64,000 nt of DNA from NCBI GenBank assembly GCA_028706745.1, contig JAQTVM010000005.1, positions 5,165 to 69,164 on the forward strand, written 5' to 3'. The DNA is from Candidatus Nanoarchaeia archaeon. Lineage in GTDB: Archaea; Nanobdellota; Nanobdellia; SCGC-AAA011-G17; GW2011-AR17. The notes under the pieces were generated by a model that ran no database searches, had not been told where the DNA came from, and saw only the letters and a program-made list of their open reading frames with translations. Below, piece after piece: positions 38,655-48,018 of this stretch; position 1 is the stretch's first letter; every line of letters begins with the position of its first letter. Made by a program: the position numbers and the translations under genes.

Positions 38655-39755
38655 ATGTCAACACTAACAACACTGGAAAAGCACAAGCTCAAGAAGTTCA
38701 TAAGAAGCTTGGAGCTGATACGCGGAAGGCACACTGAATTAGTATCAGTTTACATTCCCGCCGGCTATGACTTGAACAAGATAATCAACCATATCTCGCA
38801 GGAGCAGGGCACTGCATCAAACATCAAGGACAAGACAACAAGAACCCACGTCACTGATTCATTGGAAAGAATGATAAGGCACTTGAGACTATTCAAAAAT
38901 ACCCCTCCAAACGGATTAGCGGTATTCTCCGGAGATGCGTCAGAAAGGGAAGGAAAGCCTGACATACAGGTATGGTCAATAGAGCCTCCGCAGCCGATAA
39001 ATACAAGATTATACCGATGCGAGCAGACATTCCAATTGGATATTCTCAAGGAAATGATGGAAGTAAAGGAAGTTTTTGGAATAGTCACTTTGGACAGGAG
39101 AGAATGCACAATAGGATTATTGAAAGGAACGCAGATAGCTGTATTAGACAACATAACTTCAGGCGTTCCGGGAAAGGTCAAGGCAGGAGGACAGAGCGCT
39201 CAGCGTTACTCCCGCCTTCGTGAGGAAGCTTCAAAGGAATTCTTCAAGAGAATCGCTTCTTTGATGCAGGACCATTATCTCGAATTAAAAAACCTGAAGG
39301 GCATAATAGTGGGAGGTCCGGGTCCAAGCAAATTAGACTATCTTAATGAGCCTTACCTCAATAACCAGCTTAAGCTGAAAATCATTGCAGTGCAGGACAT
39401 AAGCTACACAGACGAGTTCGGGTTAAGGGAACTGGTTGAAAAGAGCCAGGATGTATTGGCAAAGGAAGCAATCACTGAGGAAAAGGAAGTAATGCAGAAA
39501 TTATTAAAGCAGTTGGCTGTAAAGCCTGAGATGATTGCGTATGGAAAGGATGAAGTCCTGAATGCGATTGCGTTGAATGCAGTTGACAAGGTCCTGATTT
39601 CTGATTTTGTTGAAGACACGATTGCGAATGACATTGAGGAAAAGGCAGAGGCGTCAGGCGCAAAAGTAATGTTCATCTCATTGGACACTCCTGAAGGAGT
39701 GCAGTTAAAGGAGATTGGCGGGATTGCCGCTTTCCTAAGATACCAATTAGCTTAA
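38655..39755 (+). CDS. prf1: Archaeal peptide chain release factor aRF1
   Basis: TELVSVYIP, ASNIKD, LYRC, GGQSAQR, GGIAAFLRY. Confidence 0.96.
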   Translation: MSTLTTLEKHKLKKFIRSLELIRGRHTELVSVYIPAGYDLNKIINHISQEQGTASNIKDKTTRTHVTDSLERMIRHLRLFKNTPPNGLAVFSGDASEREGKPDIQVWSIEPPQPINTRLYRCEQTFQLDILKEMMEVKEVFGIVTLDRRECTIGLLKGTQIAVLDNITSGVPGKVKAGGQSAQRYSRLREEASKEFFKRIASLMQDHYLELKNLKGIIVGGPGPSKLDYLNEPYLNNQLKLKIIAVQDISYTDEFGLRELVEKSQDVLAKEAITEEKEVMQKLLKQLAVKPEMIAYGKDEVLNAIALNAVDKVLISDFVEDTIANDIEEKAEASGAKVMFISLDTPEGVQLKEIGGIAAFLRYQLA

Positions 39756-39800
39756 TTATTTAGCAAACGTTAATAAACAATCAATACATAAGGAAAAAAC

Positions 39801-40196
39801 ATGGCATTTGAAGAGGAAACTGCAGTAACAATGGCTGACGGCCAGTTCGTGGCAATAGGCGAATTGGTTGAAGGGGATGAAGTCATGGCATTGGATATTG
39901 AAAAGAAGAAAATGGTGCCTGCAAAAGTAACTGCACTGGTTCCTGCAAAGCTGGAAAAGGTAGTAAGCGTGAGAATTGCAGAGGAGCTGACCTGCTCTGA
40001 GGAGCAATTATTTGTTATGAAGGACTTTTCATCAAAGAAAGCAGTTGACTTGAGGCCCGGGGACATTGTATTGACAGAGCAGATGCTGGAAGCGGCTGTA
40101 AAGTCAGTGAGGGCTGTTGAAAGGCAGGCGGAATTGACTGCAATCAAGACAGACAAGGGCACGTTTGTGGCAGAAGGAATTATAGTCAGTGAGTAG
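39801..40196 (+). CDS. Stand-alone Hint (intein-like) domain protein
   Basis: AFEEETAVTMADG...IGELVEGDEVMA (block A), AVDLRPGD, TFVAEGIIV (blocks F/G). Confidence 0.8.
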   Translation: MAFEEETAVTMADGQFVAIGELVEGDEVMALDIEKKKMVPAKVTALVPAKLEKVVSVRIAEELTCSEEQLFVMKDFSSKKAVDLRPGDIVLTEQMLEAAVKSVRAVERQAELTAIKTDKGTFVAEGIIVSE

Positions 40197-40265
40197 GAAG
40201 TAGTTTGTAGTAGGTAGTATGTAGCAAAGTAGGCGGGTAGCGCAATAGGTAAGCAGCATGGTGGC
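40190..40265. repeat. Degenerate heptamer/octamer tract (NNNGTAG)n
   Basis: GAAGTAG TTTGTAG TAGGTAG TATGTAG... Confidence 0.7.
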
Positions 40266-40270
40266 AAATA

Positions 40271-40942
40271 ATGGCTTCTAAAATAAAAGTAATATCCTTT
40301 GACATGGACGGATGCCTTACTGACGAGGAATTTGATGACACTTTCTATTTTATCGAGCTTCCGAGCATTATAGCAAAAAAACGGAAAATCTCTTTCACTG
40401 AGGCATTTGATTTTGCAACAGAAGCATACGACAGCATGCGCGGAGAAAAACAGTGGACAGACCCGACTTACTGGATTAAGCGCTTTGAAATAGATGATTC
40501 ATTCAAGGATATTATAAAAAACTTAAAAAAAGAGCTGAAGCATTACAGGGATGCAATTCCGGTATTGGAATCTTTAAAAAAAGATTACAGGCTGATAATA
40601 ATTTCTTCAGCAACAAGGCACTTCCTTGACCTGAAGCTTGACGAGGAAGACATAAGGCAGTACTTTGAAGCAACTTACTCAATGTCTGACGACTTCGGCA
40701 CAATGAAGAAAGAGCCGGAGATATACAAGGAGATATGCAAAAAACTTGGAATAATAACAGATGAAATAGTCCATGTCGGCGATTCAAGAACGCACGACTA
40801 CGAGAACCCGGTAAAGGCAGGGATAAAGGCATTCCTGCTGGAAAGAAAGCCAATATCAATTGAAAAAAGCCGTTCTGAGAAGGACAGCCATATTGTTCAT
40901 ACGCTTTACGAGTTTGAGGAAAGGGCAAGGGCGCTGAGGTAA
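40271..40942 (+). CDS. HAD-superfamily hydrolase
   Basis: FDMDGCL, K.P, HVGDS...D. Confidence 0.9.
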   Translation: MASKIKVISFDMDGCLTDEEFDDTFYFIELPSIIAKKRKISFTEAFDFATEAYDSMRGEKQWTDPTYWIKRFEIDDSFKDIIKNLKKELKHYRDAIPVLESLKKDYRLIIISSATRHFLDLKLDEEDIRQYFEATYSMSDDFGTMKKEPEIYKEICKKLGIITDEIVHVGDSRTHDYENPVKAGIKAFLLERKPISIEKSRSEKDSHIVHTLYEFEERARALR

Positions 40943-40997
40943 ATATTTTCATTAAGTATATAAATTAGCAATCTCTCGATATATTGAGGTGATTTTA

Positions 40998-41102
40998 ATG
41001 AAGAAATCTAAACAGCCGGCAAATCAAGCCAATATCGACGTAGAGGAAATAAACGAAGAAGAGAAGAGTGAAGGGATTACTAGTAAGCTTAATAACTGTT
41101 AA
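40998..41102 (+). CDS. Putative RiPP precursor peptide (34 aa: MKKSKQPANQANIDVEEINEEEKSEGITSKLNNC)
   Basis: ATG preceded by GAGGTGA and a TATA box (~40957). The stop lies 10 nt before the radical SAM start. Too short to appear in the ORF track. Confidence 0.7.
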   Translation: MKKSKQPANQANIDVEEINEEEKSEGITSKLNNC

Positions 41103-41112
41103 GTCCAAATAG

Positions 41113-42888
41113 ATGGCTAAAGAATTAGTGCTTAAGCAAAATAATGGTGGATATAATCTTTTATTTTTAAATAAACATAAATATCTTAAAATTAAATATA
41201 CAAATAAATCTGTTATAAAAAATAGCTTATCGTCAATCTTAAATAAATATTCTATAAAAGATAAAGCTAATGACATACTCAAACGCAGCAGGAAAGGAAG
41301 TTTGGATGTTTTGGATATCGCAATAACAGGGCAATGCAATCTTAGCTGCAGGCATTGTTATTGGGGCAATAAGAATATTGCATATAAAGATTTGCCGTTT
41401 GTAAAGCTAAAGCACATTTTTTTGGATGCCAAAAAATTAGGGGCTCATACTGTGGCTTTAACAGGCGGAGAACCTTTTATGCATAAAGACATTGGCAAAA
41501 TATTGGCATTTCTTAATAAAGAGAGGTTTAGAATAGTAATCGTTACTAATGGCACACTTATCAACGATTATATTAATATTATAAAAAAATATAAGCCCCA
41601 TACTGTTGTAGTAAGCTTGGATGGGTTTAAGCATGAATTTGAGCAAATAAGGGGCACAAACTGGGAAAATGTCGTAAATAATATCTTATTGCTCAAACAG
41701 GCAGGCATATATGTAAGAATAAATTGCGTCCTTTCAGAAAGCATCTCAAATCAGATTAAAAAATTCAAGGATTTTTGCCTAAATCAATTAAAAGTGGATC
41801 GTGTTGCGTTTCTTCCTGTTGCATTCAGGGGAAGCGCTTCCAAAAATAAGGATATTTTCATAAAATATAAGCAGGTAACAGAAGCCATTTGCAATGAATA
41901 CTCATCAGACATTATGAATTGCCGCCCATTTTATAATAAAGTGTCAATTGGATTTGATGGACTAGTTTATCCCTGCCAGTTTTTCAGGGAAATAGATTTT
42001 TACAGGCTTGGCAATATAAATGAGAATTCTCTCATTAGAATCTATAAGCTGATTCAATCATCAGGTTTAATGCCTGCAGAGACCAGCATAAAATGTAAGA
42101 ATTGCAAGCATCTTAATATTTGCGGAGGGGGCTGTTGGGGGAGAGCCGTTGCCATTTTAAATAATCCAAATGCGCCGGACCCTGTCTGGTGCGATTTGTT
42201 TAACGGAAAAGAATCAAATTCCATGCTTCTTCCTGAAGCAAACAATCCTCTTTATTCTGCTCTATCAAAAGATTATATAACGGCATATGAGAAGCCGCAA
42301 TTGCTTTATGATAAAGCAACGAACTTAATTAAAGAATTGCATCCTAAAAGTATTTTGGATATAGGATGCGGTGACGGCTCTTTTCTTAAACAGCTTAAAG
42401 GTAACGATAAGAGAAAAGGCATAGACAGTTCAAAGGAACTTATACTTGAAGCAAAAAAATATTCAAAAGGAGCCATATTCGAAATTGCTGATATTCGTTA
42501 TGCTGTTTTCCATAAAAAATATGAGTTGGCGACAGCAATATACTCTTTTTTTAATCATTTTCAGAACAGAACTGACATCGAGCTTATTTTTGATAAAATT
42601 AAATATGTTTCCGAGTATTTTCTTTTTGATGCAATTGAGCCTAAAAAATTCCCCCCTGTTTCTGCTATCAAGCATGAATCAAATAAATTTTGCATGCACC
42701 AGTTTGTATATAGGGATAACCAAGCAGTTTATGATTTAAGAAAATACATTAAAGGCAAAAAAGAGCTTTTTTATGCTTTATCCTTTCCCATAATCAATTG
42801 GGAACACTTTTTTAAAGAACATAAATTTATAGTTTTGACTAAAGAAAGAATCTCTAAAACAAGAGTACTATATTTATTAAAACTATAA
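41113..42888 (+). CDS. Radical SAM/SPASM maturase fused to class I SAM methyltransferase
   Basis: CNLSCRHC, TGGEP, SLDG; SPASM Cys pattern (CRPF...YPC...CKNC...CGGGC...WC); ILDIGCGDG methyltransferase motif. Visibly AT-rich. Confidence 0.9.
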   Translation: MAKELVLKQNNGGYNLLFLNKHKYLKIKYTNKSVIKNSLSSILNKYSIKDKANDILKRSRKGSLDVLDIAITGQCNLSCRHCYWGNKNIAYKDLPFVKLKHIFLDAKKLGAHTVALTGGEPFMHKDIGKILAFLNKERFRIVIVTNGTLINDYINIIKKYKPHTVVVSLDGFKHEFEQIRGTNWENVVNNILLLKQAGIYVRINCVLSESISNQIKKFKDFCLNQLKVDRVAFLPVAFRGSASKNKDIFIKYKQVTEAICNEYSSDIMNCRPFYNKVSIGFDGLVYPCQFFREIDFYRLGNINENSLIRIYKLIQSSGLMPAETSIKCKNCKHLNICGGGCWGRAVAILNNPNAPDPVWCDLFNGKESNSMLLPEANNPLYSALSKDYITAYEKPQLLYDKATNLIKELHPKSILDIGCGDGSFLKQLKGNDKRKGIDSSKELILEAKKYSKGAIFEIADIRYAVFHKKYELATAIYSFFNHFQNRTDIELIFDKIKYVSEYFLFDAIEPKKFPPVSAIKHESNKFCMHQFVYRDNQAVYDLRKYIKGKKELFYALSFPIINWEHFFKEHKFIVLTKERISKTRVLYLLKL

Positions 42889-42951
42889 GCAAGAATATGT
42901 TTTTTCATTTAATTGCTTCTCTTAATGCCAAAATAATTAACTGTATGAATA

Positions 42952-43014
42952 AATGCCGGAGTCCTGCGAGCTTGCGAGTGGGGCTCGGAGCGCAGCGACA
43001 GAGGCGGGCTTTCT
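42952..43014. repeat. GC-rich REP-like element (GCGAGCTTGCGAG, GGAGCGCAGCGA)
   Basis: GC-rich structured islet in AT-rich intergenic DNA; related to 52546-52602. Confidence 0.5.
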
Positions 43015-43102
43015 ATGCCTTCTTTCTTCACCCTCCACACGCCTTATAATGCCTCTTTATTCAATAACAAACTTTAAAAACAAATAATGCTTTTTCTACA
43101 CC

Positions 43103-43918
43103 ATGGACGATATGCAAAACAAGGTAGAGGCTGTGCTCTTCATTACAGGCAGCTACATGACAATGGAAGACATTGGAAAATCAGCAGGAATAGGCTCTGA
43201 AGGGCTGGTGAAAGCAGCTGTAGAAGGGCTTAAGAAGTCATACGATGAAAGAAACGGCTCGCTTGAAATAATCGAGAATGAAGGCAAATACAAGATTGCG
43301 TTAAGAAAGGACTATGTCCAGTTTTCAACAAAGCTTTTGTCAAGCACTGAGTTAGACCGCCCTGTTCAGGAAACTTTGGCAATAATCGCTTACAAGCAGC
43401 CGATACTTCAGGCAGACTTAATCAAGGTAAGGGGAAACGGCGCTTACGAGCATATTCACACATTAAAGGAAATGCAGTTCATTGTGTCTGAGAAGTTCGG
43501 AAGGACAAGAAAGCTAAAATTAGCCCCGAAGTTCTTTGACTATTTTGACATTGCAGGCGACATGCTTAAGGCGAAATGCGATGAGATAGGGCTGAAAGTG
43601 GGGACTGTTGAAAGGATTGAAAAAAAGGATGGCAAGGAGCAGGCTTCGCTGGAAGAATACAATAAAGATGAAAAAAAGGAAGATGATTTCCAAAAGGCGC
43701 CTTCTGAAGAAAACAATCAGCCTGAGCCGTCTGAGCCGAACCCCGAGAGCATACCCCCTGATCCTGAGGATATTCAGCCTGAAAAGCCTGATGTAAAAGA
43801 TCCCAAGAAAAAGCAGGATGTTTCAGAAGAAGAGCCGTCTGATGAACCTGAAGAGCCCGACGACAATCCTGATGAGCAAGAAGAGCAGGCAGAGTTAAGC
43901 GAGGATGGAAAAGCATGA
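43103..43918 (+). CDS. scpB: Segregation/condensation protein ScpB with acidic disordered tail
   Basis: VEAVLF, ETLAIIAYKQPI, VRG, FFDYF. Confidence 0.9.
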   Translation: MDDMQNKVEAVLFITGSYMTMEDIGKSAGIGSEGLVKAAVEGLKKSYDERNGSLEIIENEGKYKIALRKDYVQFSTKLLSSTELDRPVQETLAIIAYKQPILQADLIKVRGNGAYEHIHTLKEMQFIVSEKFGRTRKLKLAPKFFDYFDIAGDMLKAKCDEIGLKVGTVERIEKKDGKEQASLEEYNKDEKKEDDFQKAPSEENNQPEPSEPNPESIPPDPEDIQPEKPDVKDPKKKQDVSEEEPSDEPEEPDDNPDEQEEQAELSEDGKA

Positions 43919-45378
43919 AAAGGGATTATGCAATCCTTTTAGTCATATTTATTCTTGTCCTTTTTCTGAGGCTTGTGTTTGTATCGCAGACCCCTTATTT
44001 CAGCGATGACTCTGCATACTATAATCTCAGGCACACTGATTATATTTCGGAAAATCACCAGCCAATGATTTTTGACGAATTAAGCTATGGCGGAAGGTAT
44101 GTGATTGATTCGCACATATTTCACTTAATGCTTGCCGGATTTAACTCTTTCCTCCCTTACTTCGTTGTATTCAAGCTATTGCCTGAAATATTGTTTGCGT
44201 TGCTGATTTTCATAGTGTATGCCATTGCAAAAAGGCTTACTGCGAACACAACCGCCCCTTTGTTGGCAGCCCTAATATCCGGATTCATACCAATATTCAT
44301 GGCAAACACAGTTAACACGCTTTCAGTTTATTCTCTGGTTCTTCCCCTTATCTTTTATCAGGTTTACTGCCTTATGAACATTGAAACGCACAGGGGAAGG
44401 TTCATTGTGCTTTCATTTCTTCTTCCAATAATACACCCATTCACTGCAATACTCGCAATCTCTTTTGTGCTTTACGCAGTGCTTCTGAGCATAGAGTCAA
44501 TAAAAATGAAAAAGGCGGCAAAAGAGGCTGTTCTTTTCTTTGTTTTGCTTGTTTCCCTGCTTGGAATCATTGTTTACAAGAAAGCGTTCATTGAATTCGG
44601 GATTTACGCTGTGTTGCAGAACGTGCCTTCTGCATTGTTCAGCTCCTACTTTCAGGGCATTAACCTGCTTTCATTGATTTACAACATAGGCATTATTCCG
44701 CTTATACTCGGCTCCCTCGGCATTGTATTCGGGATTTCATGGGAAAAGAATGATTCGGCATTTCTTTTAAGCGGGCTTGTGCTTGCTGATTTTATTTTGC
44801 TTTTCCTAAGGCTGATAAACTTCAATACCGGGATGATTTTTCTGGGCATTCTGCTTTCAATACTCTCTGCAATATCCATCAGCAAGGCAATTTCTTACAT
44901 CAAGCTTACAAAGTTTTCAAAGTTTAAAAATTCAATATTTGTTGTTTTCATTGTTCTTATCGTGATTTTGCTGGGAATCCCTTCTTATACAGGCACAAGC
45001 AAAGCCATAGAAAAAACAGTTTCATCAGACGAGATTGCAGCGCTGGAATGGCTTAGGGGCAATTCAGAGCAAGATTCAACAGTCCTTGGGAATATAAATG
45101 AGGGCAATCTTATAGAATATATTGCGCAGAGAAAAACAGTTGCAGACAGCCTGTTCATGTTTGCTCCTGATAGGTATGATGATGTTAAATTAATGCTTAC
45201 AACAGAATCATTGGTAAAGGCAACGCAGCTTATGCACAAGCATAGTGTTGATTATGTGCTTATGTCGCAGTCAACAAAAGATATGTACAATATGGAGGAC
45301 CTCAAGTATGCCAAGACAGAATGCTTTGAAGAAGTATTTGTCAGGGAAAAAGCAAAGGTTTACAGGCTGGTCTGCTAG
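43915..45378 (+). CDS. GT-C-fold (STT3/PMT-like) multi-TM protein
   Basis: DDSAYYNLR loop, ~12 TM, C-terminal AALEWLR...TVL...EGNLIEYIAQRK domain. Confidence 0.7.
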   Translation: MKRDYAILLVIFILVLFLRLVFVSQTPYFSDDSAYYNLRHTDYISENHQPMIFDELSYGGRYVIDSHIFHLMLAGFNSFLPYFVVFKLLPEILFALLIFIVYAIAKRLTANTTAPLLAALISGFIPIFMANTVNTLSVYSLVLPLIFYQVYCLMNIETHRGRFIVLSFLLPIIHPFTAILAISFVLYAVLLSIESIKMKKAAKEAVLFFVLLVSLLGIIVYKKAFIEFGIYAVLQNVPSALFSSYFQGINLLSLIYNIGIIPLILGSLGIVFGISWEKNDSAFLLSGLVLADFILLFLRLINFNTGMIFLGILLSILSAISISKAISYIKLTKFSKFKNSIFVVFIVLIVILLGIPSYTGTSKAIEKTVSSDEIAALEWLRGNSEQDSTVLGNINEGNLIEYIAQRKTVADSLFMFAPDRYDDVKLMLTTESLVKATQLMHKHSVDYVLMSQSTKDMYNMEDLKYAKTECFEEVFVREKAKVYRLVC

Positions 45379-46753
45379 CATTCTGCTGGCTCTGGCTCTT
45401 GTATTAAGCCTGTTGCTTGTTTTCTTATTCAGGAGTCCGGATGCAATGCTGCCGGGTTCAGAAGCATACTTCCTTGTTAGAAGCGCCGCCGAGTTCAGCT
45501 TTGAAGATGAACTGAGCTTTGGCGGAAGGTTTGCAGCTTATCCGATTGGCGCAAGAGCTGTTCTTTCAATAGTTCCTGATTTCATAATCCCTCTTGTGCC
45601 TTTCATATTGGGGGCAATAAGCTTCTTATTGTTTATGCTCCTGCTGAAAGATTTCGGAATAAGGCAGAAAAAGCTGGCTTTGGCTGTCTTGATAGCGTCG
45701 CCTTCATTTATTTGGCTGTTTAATACCCTGAACTCAGCTTCATTTGCAGTATGCTTCGGCTTGCTTGGCTTCTGGCTGTTTTCAAGAAAGTCATTTGCAA
45801 GAGTGCTTTCAATTCCCGCTTTTATTGCAATTCCCCTGTTTGATTTTACAATCGGGCTGCTTTCCCTTGCAGTTCTGTTCTTTTACGGTTTTTTCATGCT
45901 GAAAAGAAAAAAGCTTCTTTTTGTCACACTTGCATTTTCAATAATTGCATCAGCAGCATACTACGGATGGCTCGTCTGGAATGCGGGCTTTGAAAGGGTT
46001 ATGTTTGAGACAGGAGCAACAGGCTTTAATGCAGCATTGTCATCATTTATTTCAGATTTGGGAGCAGGCTATGGAATAGGGATTTTTGCATTAATCCTGG
46101 CAGTATTTGGCATAATCTCCTGCTGGGATGAGAAATACAAAAACCTGTTTGTTTTCTTTTCAGTGTCGCTGCTTTTCGCAGCAGGATTTTTCCTGCCGAA
46201 GGCCATACTGCTCCTCAACTTCTTCATCGCAGTGTTTGCGGCATTGGGATTCAATGATATTTACAATTCAAGATGGGATAACAAGATTTTCAGGAACTTT
46301 GTCCTGCTTATACTCGCGTGCGGGCTTTTGTTTTCATGCATTTCATACTGCCAGAGATTTGCTGCAGAAGAGCCAAATCCGGGGACAATAAAGGCAATGG
46401 AATTTCTTGAATCGCTTCCTGAAGGCACAGTATTCTCTGATTACGGCAACGGGCATTTTATCTCATTTGCAGGCAAGAAAAGCGTGATGGACGGCAATTT
46501 GTGGCTTGCCCCTGATGTGAATGAAAGATGGAGCGATTCGCAGGAATTATTCAATACAAGGGACTTGGAAAAGGCAAAATCAATAATTGTAAAATACGGC
46601 ATAAAATACATCTGGATTGACAGCGCCATCATGCAGAAAAAATGGAAATCTCAGGAAGACGGGCTGATGTTCCTGCTTAAATACAGCAAGTCATCATTTA
46701 AGAATATTTATAACAGGGAAGGAGTGCAGGTTTGGGAGGTAATAACTGAATGA
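45308..46753 (+). CDS. GT-C-fold (STT3-like) multi-TM protein
   Basis: EAYFLVR, DELSFGGR (shared with the upstream paralog), AMEFL...VFSDYGNGHFI, YGIKYIWID. Start uncertain (45245-45308). Confidence 0.7.
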   Translation: MPRQNALKKYLSGKKQRFTGWSASILLALALVLSLLLVFLFRSPDAMLPGSEAYFLVRSAAEFSFEDELSFGGRFAAYPIGARAVLSIVPDFIIPLVPFILGAISFLLFMLLLKDFGIRQKKLALAVLIASPSFIWLFNTLNSASFAVCFGLLGFWLFSRKSFARVLSIPAFIAIPLFDFTIGLLSLAVLFFYGFFMLKRKKLLFVTLAFSIIASAAYYGWLVWNAGFERVMFETGATGFNAALSSFISDLGAGYGIGIFALILAVFGIISCWDEKYKNLFVFFSVSLLFAAGFFLPKAILLLNFFIAVFAALGFNDIYNSRWDNKIFRNFVLLILACGLLFSCISYCQRFAAEEPNPGTIKAMEFLESLPEGTVFSDYGNGHFISFAGKKSVMDGNLWLAPDVNERWSDSQELFNTRDLEKAKSIIVKYGIKYIWIDSAIMQKKWKSQEDGLMFLLKYSKSSFKNIYNREGVQVWEVITE

Positions 46754-48018
46754 TTTCATTCCCGATACTTTTTGTATGGGGGCTTTATGCCTTTTCAATG
46801 TTCTTCCTCATATTTTGGCTCCTGACTTTTTTGGACAAGGAAACTGAAAAAGAAAAGCCAAAACTGGATTCATTCCCAAAAGTCACAATAACCATTCCGG
46901 TGCTTAACGAGGAAGACACGATAACAAAAACACTTATGTCTGCAATAGAACTTGACTACCCGAGGGATAAGCTTCAGATAATTGTGGTAAATGACGGCTC
47001 AAGAGACAGGACAAGGGAAAGAATTGAAAAAGTGGTGTGGAATCATCCTGAAACAGATATTTTGCTCATTAACCACCCGAAGAACAGGGGCAAGGGGGAG
47101 TCGATGAATGAGGCGTTGAAAATATCAAAAAGCGAATTCTTTACCTGCCTTGATGCTGACTCATTCATAGAGCCGAAAGCCCTGAAAAAAATGCTGCCTT
47201 CATTTGCAGATCCCAAAGTTGGCGCAGTGCTTCCGCTGATGAAGGTTTACAAGCCAAAGACAATACTGGAGAAAATGCAGTGGTGCGAATATATACTCAA
47301 TCTTTTTATGAAGGGGATAATGGCAAGCAAGGACTGCGTTCATGTCATTCCCGGCCCTTTCGGGGTTTACAGGGCGGATGTAATAAAAAAGCTTGGCGGA
47401 TTTGCAGAAAAGAACATAACAGAAGACATGGAAATTTCCCTGAGGCTCCAGAAGCACCATTACAAGATTATACAGCTGCTGAGCGTTAATGTTTATACAG
47501 TTGTTCCAAAAACATTAAAAGGCATTTTCAGGCAAAGGAACAGGTGGTACAAGGGAACCATGATTAACATGTACAATTATAAGGGGCTCATATTAAACAA
47601 GAAATACGGGGATTTCGGCATGGTGCAGCTTCCCCATGTGACAGTGTCCGGATTTCTTGCTGTTGTATCTCTTCTTATTGTTTCATATACAATGGTAATC
47701 AAGCCGTTTGTCAAATGGCTTTATGACATGAGCTATATTAATTTTGACTTGCTGTTTGTGTTTAAGAGATGGCTTTATTCAATGCTGAATAATTTTTCAT
47801 TGCTTAACATAAACCTCACCAACTTATTTTTCGCAGTGTCAGCTCTTGCCTGTTCCCTAACATTTTTATACTTTGCATACAAGTTTACAAGGGAGAAAAT
47901 ACTGAATCACGGCATAATAGCGGTGCCGGCATACCTGCTGCTTTACAGCTTCATAGCTTCGGCAATATGGGTTTCGGTATTTTTTGAGCTGATAATAGGA
48001 AAGGTGCAGAAATGGTAG
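46750..48018 (+). CDS. Processive GT2 glycosyltransferase (PgaC/IcaA/cellulose-synthase-like)
   Basis: IPVLNEE, NDGS, LDADS, TEDME, QRNRW; flanking TM helices. Confidence 0.9.
   Translation: MISFPILFVWGLYAFSMFFLIFWLLTFLDKETEKEKPKLDSFPKVTITIPVLNEEDTITKTLMSAIELDYPRDKLQIIVVNDGSRDRTRERIEKVVWNHPETDILLINHPKNRGKGESMNEALKISKSEFFTCLDADSFIEPKALKKMLPSFADPKVGAVLPLMKVYKPKTILEKMQWCEYILNLFMKGIMASKDCVHVIPGPFGVYRADVIKKLGGFAEKNITEDMEISLRLQKHHYKIIQLLSVNVYTVVPKTLKGIFRQRNRWYKGTMINMYNYKGLILNKKYGDFGMVQLPHVTVSGFLAVVSLLIVSYTMVIKPFVKWLYDMSYINFDLLFVFKRWLYSMLNNFSLLNINLTNLFFAVSALACSLTFLYFAYKFTREKILNHGIIAVPAYLLLYSFIASAIWVSVFFELIIGKVQKW

Noticed and set aside
38655..40196. Intein or readthrough fusion of aRF1 and Hint
   Set aside because: aRF1 is complete with a stop followed by further in-frame stops. 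The Hint ORF has its own start and lacks splicing residues.
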